From positions 36,062-100,061 of the forward strand of contig JAFXAW010000027.1 of the NCBI GenBank assembly GCA_017522015.1: a stretch of DNA of 64,000 nt. The letters run 5' to 3'. A program made the translations under genes and the position numbers. Shown one piece after another: positions 46,554-56,233 of the stretch. Source of the DNA: Oscillospiraceae bacterium (GTDB taxonomy: Bacteria > Bacillota > Clostridia > Oscillospirales > Oscillospiraceae). Positions within the stretch are counted from its first letter, which is position 1. Every line of letters begins with the position of its first letter. The notes beneath the pieces were generated by a model, which searched no databases, was not told the DNA's origin, and saw only the letters and a program-made list of their open reading frames with translations.

Positions 46554-47072
46554 TTACTCCACAATCGTGCAGACCGCGCGACGCTCCATCTCATTGGCCG
46601 GGGGCGCAACGGGATGTCCGACGGCGGCGCTGCCGTAGACAACACACTCATCCGGCACACCGAAATCGCGCAGCAGTGCACGCACGCCGGGCGCGTCGCA
46701 GGTGTCGCGCAGCTGATTGATCCACACGCAGCCGAGGCCCATGCTGTGCGCCGCGAGATAGATATTCTCCATCGCACAGGCGTTATCGTCAATACCGAGC
46801 GGGAAATCGCGCTTTGTGTAGGGAATGATCAGCGCAGCGGGCTTGTAAAAGCTGTATTCTGCCTTGCCGAGCGCCTCGCCGATGGCGGCGTTGAGGGCAG
46901 AGAGCTTCTCGCTGTTGGCAACAGCGACAAAGCCGAAATACTGCCGGTTCATCGCCGTCGGCGCGGCAGCGCCGGCTTTGAGCAGCAGCTCCAGTTCCTC
47001 TCTCGTCAGCTTCTCGTCTGTGAAGGCGCGGGTGCTGCGGCGGGTGAAAATTGCATTCAGGACTTCGTTCAT
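46554..47072 (-). CDS. nitroreductase family protein
   Basis: 172 aa with AGGAGG SD. The N-terminus IFTRRSTRAFTDEKL is typical of this family. Confidence 0.88.
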   Translation of the reverse strand: MNEVLNAIFTRRSTRAFTDEKLTREELELLLKAGAAAPTAMNRQYFGFVAVANSEKLSALNAAIGEALGKAEYSFYKPAALIIPYTKRDFPLGIDDNACAMENIYLAAHSMGLGCVWINQLRDTCDAPGVRALLRDFGVPDECVVYGSAAVGHPVAPPANEMERRAVCTIVE

Positions 47073-47333
47073 GTCGGGAAACCTCCTATTTTTAATAAGA
47101 TGAATTCAGTATAGCATCTGCTTCCGTGTGCGTCAAATATTCTCTTGAAAGCGCAAGGATTAATTTTCTCAGCATTTGTATATATGATCCTTATAATTCT
47201 CGGCATTTCACTTCAAAGAAAGCTGAAAACATAGATAAATCAGCAAATTTTCTCTTGCGCCGCAGCGCTAATTCTGATAGAATTAGTTTTCGGTTGAAAA
47301 TCCATATTCCAAAAGAAACGGACTGAACGCTAT

Positions 47334-49157
47334 ATGCAGAACCTTCGTAATATCGCCATCATCGCACACGTTGACCACGGCAAAACAACGCTCGTGGATC
47401 AGATGCTTAAGCAGGGCGGCGTCTATCGCGAGCACCAGGAAATTGTGGAGCGCGTGATGGATTCCAACGACCTTGAGCGCGAGCGCGGCATCACGATTCT
47501 GGCCAAGAACACCGCTGTGCATTACAAGGACGCCAAGATCAACATCGTCGACACGCCGGGACACGCAGACTTTGGCGGCGAGGTGGAACGCATCCTGAAG
47601 ATGGTCAACGGTGTTATCCTTCTTGTGGACGCTGCTGAGGGTCCGATGCCGCAGACGCGCTTTGTGCTCTCCCGCGCGCTGGAGCTGGGACACCGCGTGA
47701 TCGTCGCGATCAACAAAGTTGACCGTCCTGATCAGCGCGTTCAGGAGGTCATTGAGGAATGCCTCGAGCTGCTGATGGATCTGGACGCAACGGATGAGCA
47801 GCTTGACAGCCCCATGCTCTTCTGCTCCGGACGAAACGGCACGGCCTCTTATTCTCCTGAGGTGCCGGGAACCGACCTGCGCCCGCTGTTTGACACGATT
47901 CTGGAGTATATCCCCGCGCCGGAGGCGGATGAAACCGCCCCCTTCCAGATGCTCGTTTCCTCCATTGACTACAATGAGTTCGTCGGACGCATCGCCATCG
48001 GGCGCATTGAGCGCGGCAGCATCCGGCTCAATCAGGAGATCGCCGTTTGCAACTTCCACACGCCGGACATGCCCGCTAAGAAAGCGAAGGCTGTGAGCCT
48101 CTATCAGTTTGAGGGTCTGGGGCGCGAGAGCGTGACGGAAGCCGCCGCGGGCAACATCATCGCCATGAGCGGTATCGGTGAAGTAACCATTGGTGACACG
48201 ATCTGTGCACCGGATGCAGTGGAGCCGATCGAATTTGTGAAGATCTCTGCCCCGACGCTGGAGATGACCTTCTCCGTCAACGACAGCCCCTTTGCCGGAC
48301 GCGAGGGCAAGTTTGTCACCTCCCGCCAGCTCCGCGAGCGTCTCTTCCGCGAGATGCAGAAGGACGTTTCCCTGCGTGTGAGCGAGATTGAGAATTCCAC
48401 CGATGCCTTCAACGTCGCCGGCCGCGGTGAGATGAGTCTTTCCATCCTGATTGAAACGATGCGTCGTGAGGGCTATGAATTCCAGGTGTCTCCTCCCCGT
48501 GTGCTGTATCAGACCATTGACGGGCAGCGCTGCGAACCGGTGGAGCGCGTCGTTATCGACGTTCCGCAGGAATCTATGGGCTCCGTGATGGAGAAAATGG
48601 GCGCACGCAAGGGCGATTTTGTCTCCATGACGCCTGTGGGCAACCGCATGAAGCTGGAATTTCTGATCCCCTCCCGCGGTCTGTTTGGGTATCGCAACGA
48701 ATTCCTTACCGACACAAAGGGTGAGGGCATCATGGCCAGCGTATTCGACAGCTACGCCCCCTATCGCGGTGAGCTCAACCGCCGCAGCAGCGGTTCTCTC
48801 GTCGCGTTTGAGACGGGCGAAAGCGTGGCTTACGGTCTGTTCAATGCACAGGAGCGCGGTGCGCTGTTCATCGGCCCCGGTGTTCCCGTTTATGCGGGCA
48901 TGATCGTTGGCCTTTCGCCCAAGAGCGAAGATATCAGCGTCAACGTCTGTAAGCGCAAGCAGCTGACCAACATGCGCGCTGCCGGCAGCGACGAGGCGCT
49001 GCGTCTCGTGCCCCCGCGCATTCTCAGTCTTGAGCAGTGTCTGGAGCTGCTGGCGGACGATGAGCTTTTGGAGGTCACGCCCAGCAATCTGCGTCTGCGC
49101 AAGCGCATTCTTGACCACTCCCAGCGCATGAAAGCGCTGCACGGCGGGAAATCTTAA
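47334..49157 (+). CDS. typA: translational GTPase TypA/BipA
   Basis: 607 aa. [31 protein letters not shown] and NKVD motifs. Confidence 0.96.
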   Translation: MQNLRNIAIIAHVDHGKTTLVDQMLKQGGVYREHQEIVERVMDSNDLERERGITILAKNTAVHYKDAKINIVDTPGHADFGGEVERILKMVNGVILLVDAAEGPMPQTRFVLSRALELGHRVIVAINKVDRPDQRVQEVIEECLELLMDLDATDEQLDSPMLFCSGRNGTASYSPEVPGTDLRPLFDTILEYIPAPEADETAPFQMLVSSIDYNEFVGRIAIGRIERGSIRLNQEIAVCNFHTPDMPAKKAKAVSLYQFEGLGRESVTEAAAGNIIAMSGIGEVTIGDTICAPDAVEPIEFVKISAPTLEMTFSVNDSPFAGREGKFVTSRQLRERLFREMQKDVSLRVSEIENSTDAFNVAGRGEMSLSILIETMRREGYEFQVSPPRVLYQTIDGQRCEPVERVVIDVPQESMGSVMEKMGARKGDFVSMTPVGNRMKLEFLIPSRGLFGYRNEFLTDTKGEGIMASVFDSYAPYRGELNRRSSGSLVAFETGESVAYGLFNAQERGALFIGPGVPVYAGMIVGLSPKSEDISVNVCKRKQLTNMRAAGSDEALRLVPPRILSLEQCLELLADDELLEVTPSNLRLRKRILDHSQRMKALHGGKS

Positions 49158-49231
49158 GCTTTTTCCCTCCGGGATCGCGCCGAACCTACGCGATTACGGT
49201 TCTTCCCTGTCAGCACAACAGGAAACAGGAG

Positions 49232-49270
49232 AAGCAGGCGGTTTTGAGTACCAAAACCGCCTGCTTTTTC
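49232..49270. terminator. bidirectional intrinsic terminator
   Basis: AAGCAGGCGGTTTT pairs with AAAACCGCCTGCTT, followed by TTT. Confidence 0.85.
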
Positions 49271-49338
49271 ACTATTCTTATCTGTTTGATTTAAGTCTCG
49301 CTTTGGCCGAATCAAAATCGGCCTTCGTCATTCCCTGC

Positions 49339-50787
49339 TCAGGCGTCGGTCTTCGGCTTGGACTTTGGCTTTCCGTTGCCATAATAACGGCGCCGTCTGT
49401 TGTTTCCGCTGCCCTGTTTCTTCTGTTGAGTCTTTGCAGTGCCCTCTCCTCCGGCTGCCTGCTGCTGCGGCTGCGTATGAATCTTCTGTCCATCGCCCTG
49501 CGTGCGCGGATGCTTCTGCCCAGATTCGGAAGAACGCTGCGGCTTCTGCCCGGCTTCGGATGTGCGCTGCAGCTTCTGCCCGCCCTCAGAACTGCGCTGC
49601 GGCTTTTGTCCGTTCCGGTGTCCACCGCCCGAGCGCGACGACTTGGGCGCATGCGGTTTCTGCTCGTCACCGGACGTATGCTTATTCTGCGCAGCATCGG
49701 CAGCGTGCGCATTCTTCTGCCCGCCGCCCTGCGGATGCTTATTCTGCTGTTTGCCGCCCTTGCCGTTCTTGCTGCGGCTTTTGCGTCTGTCATGCTTCTT
49801 TCCGGAGGGCTCCTGTCCTGCCTCAGCGAGGCGCTCGGCAAGCGTTTTATCCTGTCCGGACACAATATCCGTATACCAGCCGGAAAGCGACCAGTCATCC
49901 TCTTCCGGTTTCACCTCGACCTTTACGCGCGGCGTGAGCACACGCGGCGGCGTCTCGCCCGGCTTGGGCCGGCCGCCGGGCACGACAGCCACATCCTCCA
50001 CCTCATAAGATCTGCCCTGCTGCATCTCATTGTCACCGTCGATGCGCACCTTCACCTGCTGGCGCAGCAGATTCACCTGCGTCACATTGCCGTAACCGTC
50101 CGGCGTCTCGACGTAAGCGCCGTTCTTCGGCATGGATTTAATGAGGTCGGTATATGCCTCCTGCTCATAGCGCAGGCAGCACATCAGACGTCCGCAGCTT
50201 CCGGAAATCTTCGCCGGATTGAGGGACATGGACTGCGTCTTCGCCATTTTGGTGGAGACGGGCTCAAACTCGTCCATAAACTGCTTGCAGCAATAAGGTC
50301 TGCCGCAGATGCCGATGCCGCCGAGAAGTTTTGCCTCATCGCGAACACCAATCTGCCGCAGCTCAATGCGCGTGTGGAAGATGCCCGCCAGATCTTTGAC
50401 GAGCTCGCGAAAGTCCACGCGCCCCTCCGAGGTGAAGAAAAACAGAATCTTTGTTCCCTCGAAATTATACTCCACGCCCACGAGCTTCATTGCGAGTCCG
50501 TGCGCCTGAATCCGCTCCTTGCAGATGCGCATGGCATCTTCTTCCTTACTCCGGTTAGCGGCGTCCCGGTTGAGATCCTCCTGCGTCGCAACGCGCACGA
50601 CCGTGCGCAGCGGCGGGATGATCTTCTCGTCCTCGACCAGATAGTTTCCGCGCGCGCATTCTCCAAGCTCGAGCCCCTTGCTCGTCTCAACAACGACGCG
50701 CTCACCTTTTTTTACCTTTATCCCCGCGGGATCAAAGTAATATACTTTGCCGCCGCTTTTGAATTTGATTCCGACAACCTCTGTCAC
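49339..50787 (-). CDS. ricT: PSP1-domain protein RicT/YaaT with a long basic low-complexity C-terminal extension
   Basis: GTG 50787 follows GAGGAG. The N-terminal roughly 270 aa (VVGIKFKSGGKVYYFDP...CGRLMCCLRYE) match YaaT/PSP1. It lies directly downstream of holB, as in Bacillus. The last roughly 200 aa are a K/G/Q/R/S-rich tail. Confidence 0.85.
   Translation of the reverse strand: MTEVVGIKFKSGGKVYYFDPAGIKVKKGERVVVETSKGLELGECARGNYLVEDEKIIPPLRTVVRVATQEDLNRDAANRSKEEDAMRICKERIQAHGLAMKLVGVEYNFEGTKILFFFTSEGRVDFRELVKDLAGIFHTRIELRQIGVRDEAKLLGGIGICGRPYCCKQFMDEFEPVSTKMAKTQSMSLNPAKISGSCGRLMCCLRYEQEAYTDLIKSMPKNGAYVETPDGYGNVTQVNLLRQQVKVRIDGDNEMQQGRSYEVEDVAVVPGGRPKPGETPPRVLTPRVKVEVKPEEDDWSLSGWYTDIVSGQDKTLAERLAEAGQEPSGKKHDRRKSRSKNGKGGKQQNKHPQGGGQKNAHAADAAQNKHTSGDEQKPHAPKSSRSGGGHRNGQKPQRSSEGGQKLQRTSEAGQKPQRSSESGQKHPRTQGDGQKIHTQPQQQAAGGEGTAKTQQKKQGSGNNRRRRYYGNGKPKSKPKTDA
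49462..49611 (-). repeat. in-frame tandem repeat, 5 units of 30 bp (GQKxxRxSEx decapeptide) in the ricT tail
   Basis: Protein repeats: GQKPQRSSEG / GQKLQRTSEA / GQKPQRSSES / GQKHPRTQGD / GQKIHTQPQQ. Confidence 0.8.
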
Positions 50788-50801
50788 AATTTTCTCCTCA
50801 C

Positions 50802-51587
50802 TTATCTCCCCTGCTCCGCGATCGTATCCGCCATGAGCAGTCCAATGATGTGTTTTGCCGCAACATTCGCGCGCAGATATTCCTCCGCCCGCTCCATAAG
50901 CGCGACAAGCACAAGCAGCCTCCCGCGCGACATTTGCGGAATTTCCGCTCGCAGGCAGGCGGCGTCCGAAAGGCGCTGCGCAAGGCAGGCAATCAGCGCC
51001 CGAAAATCAACAGCCGACAGCTTCTCCCAACCGGAGAGCAGCCGCAGCAGCTCCGGAAGATTCTCCTTTGCCGCAAGATCGAGATATTCCTCAGCCGCGG
51101 CAAGAATCTTTTCCTCAAAATGCTGTTCCGCTTCGGCAGCGACGCGCCACTCGGTGCAGCGCGAGCGCACCGTTTCAAGAAGTGCATGGGCGTTATCCGT
51201 ACACAGGATGAAGCACGCACGCCCGGGCGGCTCCTCCAAAAGCTTCAATATTGCGTTCTGCGCGCTCTGGTTAAGCGTCTGTGCGTCCCGCAAAACATAG
51301 ACCTTGCGCTCAGCCTCGTTCGGGCGCACCCACGCGTCCGCGAGCATCCAGCGCATCTTCTTCACGGAAAATTCCCGCTTGAAATTTCCGATCTCATCCC
51401 GGTCACGCTCGACAAAATTCAGGTCGGGATGGATGCCGGAAAGCACCTTGCGGCAATGCCGGCACTGCATGCAGGGGGACTGCGTTTCGTCCTCACAGAG
51501 CATCATCTGTGCAAGGCGCAGCGCCGCTTCCTCCCGGTCCTGCGCAGAGGCGGACACGACCATATAGGCATGCGACAGCTTTTCCAT
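50802..51587 (-). CDS. holB: DNA polymerase III subunit delta'
   Basis: 261 aa with GGGGGAGGG SD. HAYMVV, the C..C..C zinc module (CMQCRHC) and HPD are typical of HolB. Confidence 0.85.
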   Translation of the reverse strand: MEKLSHAYMVVSASAQDREEAALRLAQMMLCEDETQSPCMQCRHCRKVLSGIHPDLNFVERDRDEIGNFKREFSVKKMRWMLADAWVRPNEAERKVYVLRDAQTLNQSAQNAILKLLEEPPGRACFILCTDNAHALLETVRSRCTEWRVAAEAEQHFEEKILAAAEEYLDLAAKENLPELLRLLSGWEKLSAVDFRALIACLAQRLSDAACLRAEIPQMSRGRLLVLVALMERAEEYLRANVAAKHIIGLLMADTIAEQGR

Positions 51588-51774
51588 ATCCGGCCCTCCC
51601 CCGACGCAGTTATGCTAATTCAGTTTATTTTACCCTTTTTGCCGACCATAGTCAATGGAAATTTCGCAGGCTTCTTTCCTGTGCAGAACATACGTCTGCG
51701 CTGTTTCAACTTCTGCAAACTGTTCTTCCGCATCCGTGTGGCATTAACTCCTCACAGCAAAACTCCGGAAGCGG

Positions 51775-51803
51775 TTGACCCGACGCGGAATGTGTTATAT
51801 AAT
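51775..51803 (+). promoter_or_regulatory. sigma-70-type promoter directly abutting the hemZ-like start codon
   Basis: TTGACC (51775-51780), a 17-nt spacer, then TATAAT (51798-51803). The ATG lies at 51811. Confidence 0.5.
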
Positions 51804-51810
51804 AAGTATC

Positions 51811-53322
51811 ATGAAAAATTTACTGATTGGACACAGCTACAAATATGCCCTGGAGCAGATTCAGCTCATGCTGTTTCCGGACTCCCGGCCCGAATATCCG
51901 AGCGAAGATCTTCTTTGCGGAAATGACGGAATGCTGCCGGACGGCACCTGCGTCAGCGCACTGTACACGGGGAAGGTCTGGTGCACCAGCGTTTGCACGA
52001 TCTATCTTGCCGGCAAAGCCCACATCGGGCGCGCGCGGGCAAAAACCGCGGATTTCTCGGACGATCTGATGCGGACACGGCTGCTGCAGCGGGCGGTGAA
52101 GATGGCGTTTTACCGCGCAGCGCTTACCTCCGGCCTGCCCAAGCCCGTCTGGGGCGCGCTCTCCGGCATCCGTCCAGGAAAGCTGCTCACACAGCGTCTG
52201 GACGCGGGCGAGTCGCCGAAAGCGGCGCTTTCCGGCTTCTGCAGGGAATACGATGTTGAACCCGCGCGCGGCGCTCTCTGTCTGGAAACCGCGCAGCGTG
52301 CTCTTGCTGTGCGCTCTGCGCTGGATAAGCGGGACATCTGCCTCTACATCGGCATTCCCTTCTGCCCCACGCGCTGCGCCTATTGCAGCTTTGTGAGCAA
52401 CAGCGTGGAAAAGAGCATGAAGCTCATCTCTCCTTTTCTTGATGCACTGCTTCTGGAAGTCGACGCTGCTGCCGAGACGGTGAAGAAACTCGGGCTTCGC
52501 ATCATCTCGGTCTATATGGGCGGCGGCACGCCCACAACACTCACCGCCGAGCAGCTGGACATCCTCTGCGGAAGATTGCAGGAGCGTTTTGACCTGCGCT
52601 CCCTGCGGGAATACACCGTTGAGGCCGGACGACCCGATACGATCACGGCAGAAAAGCTTACCGTACTGCGAAGATACGGCGTTGATCGCATCAGCGTGAA
52701 TCCGCAGACCATGTCGGACAGCGTGCTGGAAGTCATCGGCCGCCGCCACAGCGCTTCGGACATTCTCCGTGCAATTGATCTTGTCCGCAACGCGGGTGGT
52801 TTTGCCATCAACATGGATCTGATTGCCGGCCTGCCGACGGACACGCCGGAGGGCTTTTCCAAAACGCTTGACGCTGTTCTGGCGCTGGCACCGGAAAACA
52901 TCACGGTGCACACTCTGGCGCTGAAAAAGGGCTCGCGCATCACGCTCGCGCGGACAGAGGGCGGAGAGCTTTCCCTTCCCGGCGCTGCGCAGATCGGACA
53001 AATGCTCTCCGAAGCAAACTCCCGGCTGCAGGGCAACGGCTACGCGCCCTACTACCTCTATCGGCAGAAATATATGTCCGGCGGCTTTGAGAATGTCGGC
53101 TGGGCAAAAGAGGGCTACGACAGTCTGTATAACATCTGCATTATGGAGGAGCTTTGCAGCATTCTCGCCCTCGGCGGCGGCGCTTCGACCAAACTGGTGG
53201 ACGCCGAACGCGGATACATTGAGCGAATCTTCGCTCCAAAGTATCCGCAGGAATATATCGCCGGGATTTCGAATACAATACAGGAAAAATCCAAAGTGGA
53301 GGACTTTTACCGTGAGCTTTGA
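51811..53322 (+). CDS. hemZ: radical SAM coproporphyrinogen-III-oxidase-like protein (HemZ/HemN family)
   Basis: ORF 51775-53322, starting at ATG 51811 (MKNLLIGHSYKY...). CxxxCxxC radical SAM motif in GIPFCPTRCAYCSF. Confidence 0.8.
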   Translation: MKNLLIGHSYKYALEQIQLMLFPDSRPEYPSEDLLCGNDGMLPDGTCVSALYTGKVWCTSVCTIYLAGKAHIGRARAKTADFSDDLMRTRLLQRAVKMAFYRAALTSGLPKPVWGALSGIRPGKLLTQRLDAGESPKAALSGFCREYDVEPARGALCLETAQRALAVRSALDKRDICLYIGIPFCPTRCAYCSFVSNSVEKSMKLISPFLDALLLEVDAAAETVKKLGLRIISVYMGGGTPTTLTAEQLDILCGRLQERFDLRSLREYTVEAGRPDTITAEKLTVLRRYGVDRISVNPQTMSDSVLEVIGRRHSASDILRAIDLVRNAGGFAINMDLIAGLPTDTPEGFSKTLDAVLALAPENITVHTLALKKGSRITLARTEGGELSLPGAAQIGQMLSEANSRLQGNGYAPYYLYRQKYMSGGFENVGWAKEGYDSLYNICIMEELCSILALGGGASTKLVDAERGYIERIFAPKYPQEYIAGISNTIQEKSKVEDFYREL

Positions 53323-54274
53323 AAACCTGTTTTCTCCCCCTTACCGAATTTCCCGCATCAACGACTATGCGCAGCGCGACCCCGTCGGCTTCCTGCAGGA
53401 GAGCGACGCATGGTATGATGCACAGGTGATGCATACTGCGGAGATGATTCTTGAAAACCGCAGCAGCAGTCCCATTGTGCTGCTCTCCGGCCCCTCCGGC
53501 AGCGGCAAGACCACAACAGCGAAGAAACTTGCGCAGGCGCTTTATACGCACGGCGTGCGCACGCACACCATATCGATGGACGATTATTTCCTCAGCCGTG
53601 ACGAATACGAGGTTCCGCTGGCCGAGGACGGCACGCCCGACCTTGAATCCCCTCTGTGCATGGACATGGAGCTGCTCAACGAGCACTTCACGCGTCTGTC
53701 CGCAGGCGAGACGGTGCAGGTGCCGCGATTTGACTTCACCACACAAACCCGCAGCGCAGACCCCTCGCTGACGCTCCGGCTTGGAAAGGACGAAGTCGCC
53801 GTTTTTGAGGGCATCCACGCTCTGAATGATGAGATTACGCTTGCACATCCGGAGGCTTTCAAGCTTTATATCAGCGCGAGCGCCGACGTTGTGGATGATG
53901 ACGGCGCAACCGTGATGCGCGGTGCGTGGGTACGTCTTATCCGCCGCAGCATCCGCGATCATCTTTTCCGCGGCGCAACGCCGGAGAATACCATCCGCAT
54001 GTGGGGCAATGTCTGCGCGGGCGAGGAGAAATATATCACGCCCTTCATCGACAAGGCTGATTTCCGCTTCAACACGCATCTGCCCTACGAGATCTGCTGT
54101 GTGAACGATCTGGCCGCTGCGCTGTTTGAGACGCTTCCGGAGGACGCAGACCGGCTACACGAGCTGCGGCGCATCCGCCCGAACATCCAGCTTTTTGCAG
54201 ACATCGACCCCGCGCTTGTCGCGCCGGACTCCCTCCTGCGCGAGTTCATCGGCGGCGGGAGCTACGAATACTGA
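53312..54274 (+). CDS. P-loop nucleoside/uridine-kinase-like protein
   Basis: GTG 53312 lies 9 nt after GGAGG and overlaps the hemZ stop by 11 nt. Walker A GPSGSGKTTT. The family is approximate. Confidence 0.65.
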   Translation: MSFENLFSPPYRISRINDYAQRDPVGFLQESDAWYDAQVMHTAEMILENRSSSPIVLLSGPSGSGKTTTAKKLAQALYTHGVRTHTISMDDYFLSRDEYEVPLAEDGTPDLESPLCMDMELLNEHFTRLSAGETVQVPRFDFTTQTRSADPSLTLRLGKDEVAVFEGIHALNDEITLAHPEAFKLYISASADVVDDDGATVMRGAWVRLIRRSIRDHLFRGATPENTIRMWGNVCAGEEKYITPFIDKADFRFNTHLPYEICCVNDLAAALFETLPEDADRLHELRRIRPNIQLFADIDPALVAPDSLLREFIGGGSYEY

Positions 54275-54441
54275 AAATAACCGCAGCTCCTCCGGCAGGC
54301 CCGCCATGTGAGAGGCGCGTCCTTTCAGGGGCGCCGCTTTCTGCGCGATAATCATTCGCATTTCCCGGCCAACGCCGATGGCTGCGTGCATTTTTACCGA
54401 AATTACGACATAATGTCATACAAAAGAAAAGAGGTACGCCA

Positions 54442-55155
54442 ATGTCTACAAGCATCGACTATTTCTTCCAGCGTCGGGACCGATTTCCGTTTCCGGATTT
54501 CTTCACCGACGTACACGAGACCTGGGAGATTCTGCTGAAGGCCAAGAGCTTTCTGAAAGAATATCTCGTCGAGCCCGGCATCCGGGAAAACCACGGCATC
54601 TGCAAGGGCGAGGCGCCCGCGCTGTACAATGAATATTTCATCGGCGAGGGCACCGTCATTTATAACGATGTGACGATCATCGGCCCCGTCTACATAGGCA
54701 AAAACTGCGAACTGATGCCCGGCGCAATCATCCGTCCCTACACCATCATCTCGGACAACTGCAGTGTCGGCCATGGGAGCGAAGTCAAGCACTGCGTCTT
54801 CTTCGGCGGCGCAAAAATTTCCAGTCTCGCCTTCGCTGGGGACAGCATTCTCGGCGCATCCGCCCGCATCGGCTCGGGCGTCATCACCGCGAACCGCCGC
54901 TTCGATCAGGGCGAAGTGAAGCTCCGGGACGAGGGAGAGCGCAAATCGCTCGGTGACAGCTTTTTCGGCGTCGTGCTGGGTGACAGCGCGCGCGTCGGCG
55001 CCAACAGCGTCACGCAGCCCGGCACGCACATCGGCCCCTATTCCTGGATTTATCCGCTGACCAATGTGCGCGGCTTTATCGAGGCCGAGCAGCACGTCTA
55101 TCACCCGCGGGAGATCGTCAAGGAGCCCGCTGCAAGATTGGAGCTGAAACCGTGA
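54442..55155 (+). CDS. left-handed beta-helix (hexapeptide repeat) protein
   Basis: 237 aa. Repeated [LIV]-G-x-x-x-x hexapeptides (IGEGTVI, IGKNCEL, VGHGSEV, IGSGVIT, VGANSVT). Confidence 0.7.
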   Translation: MSTSIDYFFQRRDRFPFPDFFTDVHETWEILLKAKSFLKEYLVEPGIRENHGICKGEAPALYNEYFIGEGTVIYNDVTIIGPVYIGKNCELMPGAIIRPYTIISDNCSVGHGSEVKHCVFFGGAKISSLAFAGDSILGASARIGSGVITANRRFDQGEVKLRDEGERKSLGDSFFGVVLGDSARVGANSVTQPGTHIGPYSWIYPLTNVRGFIEAEQHVYHPREIVKEPAARLELKP

Positions 55156-55718
55156 GTATAATGGATTTGTCTGTCTTTGAGAGCCGCATTCTGCTCTGGA
55201 TTCAGGAAAACCTCCGCGGCGCGTGGGATAGCATTGTGGTGTTCATCACCTTTCTTGGTGACGCCGGTTGGTTCTGGATCGCGCTGACCGTGCTGCTGCT
55301 GATCATCCGAAAAACGCGTATGCGCGCCCTCGGCCCCGCTTTCGCGCTGGCAATCGATGTTCTTGTCTGCAACGTCACGCTCAAAAATCTTTTCATGCGA
55401 CCGAGACCTTATGTCAGCTTTGACTTCCTCGTTCCGCTTGGCCATCTCGACAATGAGACAAGCTTCCCGAGCGGTCACACCTGCTCGAGCTTTGCTGCCG
55501 CCGCCGCGATTTACTTCATGTACGGCAAAAAGGCCGGTATTCCCGCCTTTATTCTCGCCTCGCTCATCTCGCTGAGCCGTCTTTATGTCGGCGTACACTA
55601 CCCCACGGATATTCTTGCCGGCGTTGTCGTCGGCGTACTGTGTGGTCTTGCGGGCGCTGCGATTTGCAAGGCGATCATCAAAAAGCACGAGAAAAAGAAG
55701 GCTGCAGCCGGGAAATAA
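55152..55718 (+). CDS. PAP2 family phosphatase
   Basis: GTG 55152 (GTGA overlap). KNLFMRPRP, PSGH and SRLYVGVHYPTD motifs. Confidence 0.87.
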   Translation: MSIMDLSVFESRILLWIQENLRGAWDSIVVFITFLGDAGWFWIALTVLLLIIRKTRMRALGPAFALAIDVLVCNVTLKNLFMRPRPYVSFDFLVPLGHLDNETSFPSGHTCSSFAAAAAIYFMYGKKAGIPAFILASLISLSRLYVGVHYPTDILAGVVVGVLCGLAGAAICKAIIKKHEKKKAAAGK

Positions 55719-55927
55719 GTGCGCTTTTGTTTCCATGCTGCGCCGCTGCGCACACTGCATTTTTAAGGCGCGCTGAACCGCTGTATTGCACAGCCACCGC
55801 AGCGCAGACATCCGTACTTAACCTGCATGTTGCACTTTACTTTTACGCTTTAATACTGTACTATATCAGCAGACGACAGAGCGGATTTTATCCACTCTGT
55901 CGGCGCATGATAAAGGAGGCTGTTTTT

Positions 55928-56233
55928 GTGAACAAGCAAGGCAAGAAGCCCCGTAATATCGAAATGTATGAGGCAATCCTCACGTTGGAAACGCTGGAAG
56001 AATGCATGAACTTCTTCAGTGACCTCTGCACGGTGACGGAACTGCAGGCGATGGAGCAGCGCTACCAGGTTGCACGTCTGCTCGATCAGGGTCTCATCTA
56101 TAACGACATTCTCGAGCGCACCGGCGCATCGAGCACGACGATCAGCCGCGTGAACCGCTCCCTGCAATACGGCACGGACGGATATCAGGTTGTCTTTGAG
56201 CGGCTGGACAAAAAGGAGGGCGCTGAGGAATGA
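55928..56233 (+). CDS. TrpR-like YerC/YecD family protein
   Basis: GTG 55928 lies 8 nt after AAGGAGG. CTVTELQAMEQRYQVARLL...STTISRVNRSLQYG. Confidence 0.85.
   Translation: MNKQGKKPRNIEMYEAILTLETLEECMNFFSDLCTVTELQAMEQRYQVARLLDQGLIYNDILERTGASSTTISRVNRSLQYGTDGYQVVFERLDKKEGAEE

Noticed and set aside
47268-47290. A perfect 8-bp palindrome CTAATTCT-GAT-AGAATTAG followed by TTTT, 44 nt upstream of typA.
   Set aside because: The stem is AT-rich and weak, and it lies in an AT-rich intergenic region where such palindromes arise by chance. There is no upstream gene on this strand to terminate. It might be an operator, but I have no supporting evidence.
49303-51300. Very long antisense ORFs opposite well-supported genes. 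This 665-aa ORF spans ricT and holB. Other examples are 6102-7658(+), 47283-49142(-), 57890-59911(-), 33295-34542(+), 43253-44617(-), 61632-62792(-) and 22099-23373(-).
   Set aside because: They lie exactly antisense to genes with strong family motifs. They have no SD or plausible starts. Their products are R/A/G/H-rich low-complexity sequences. Stop-poor antisense frames are expected in GC-rich, GC3-biased coding DNA.
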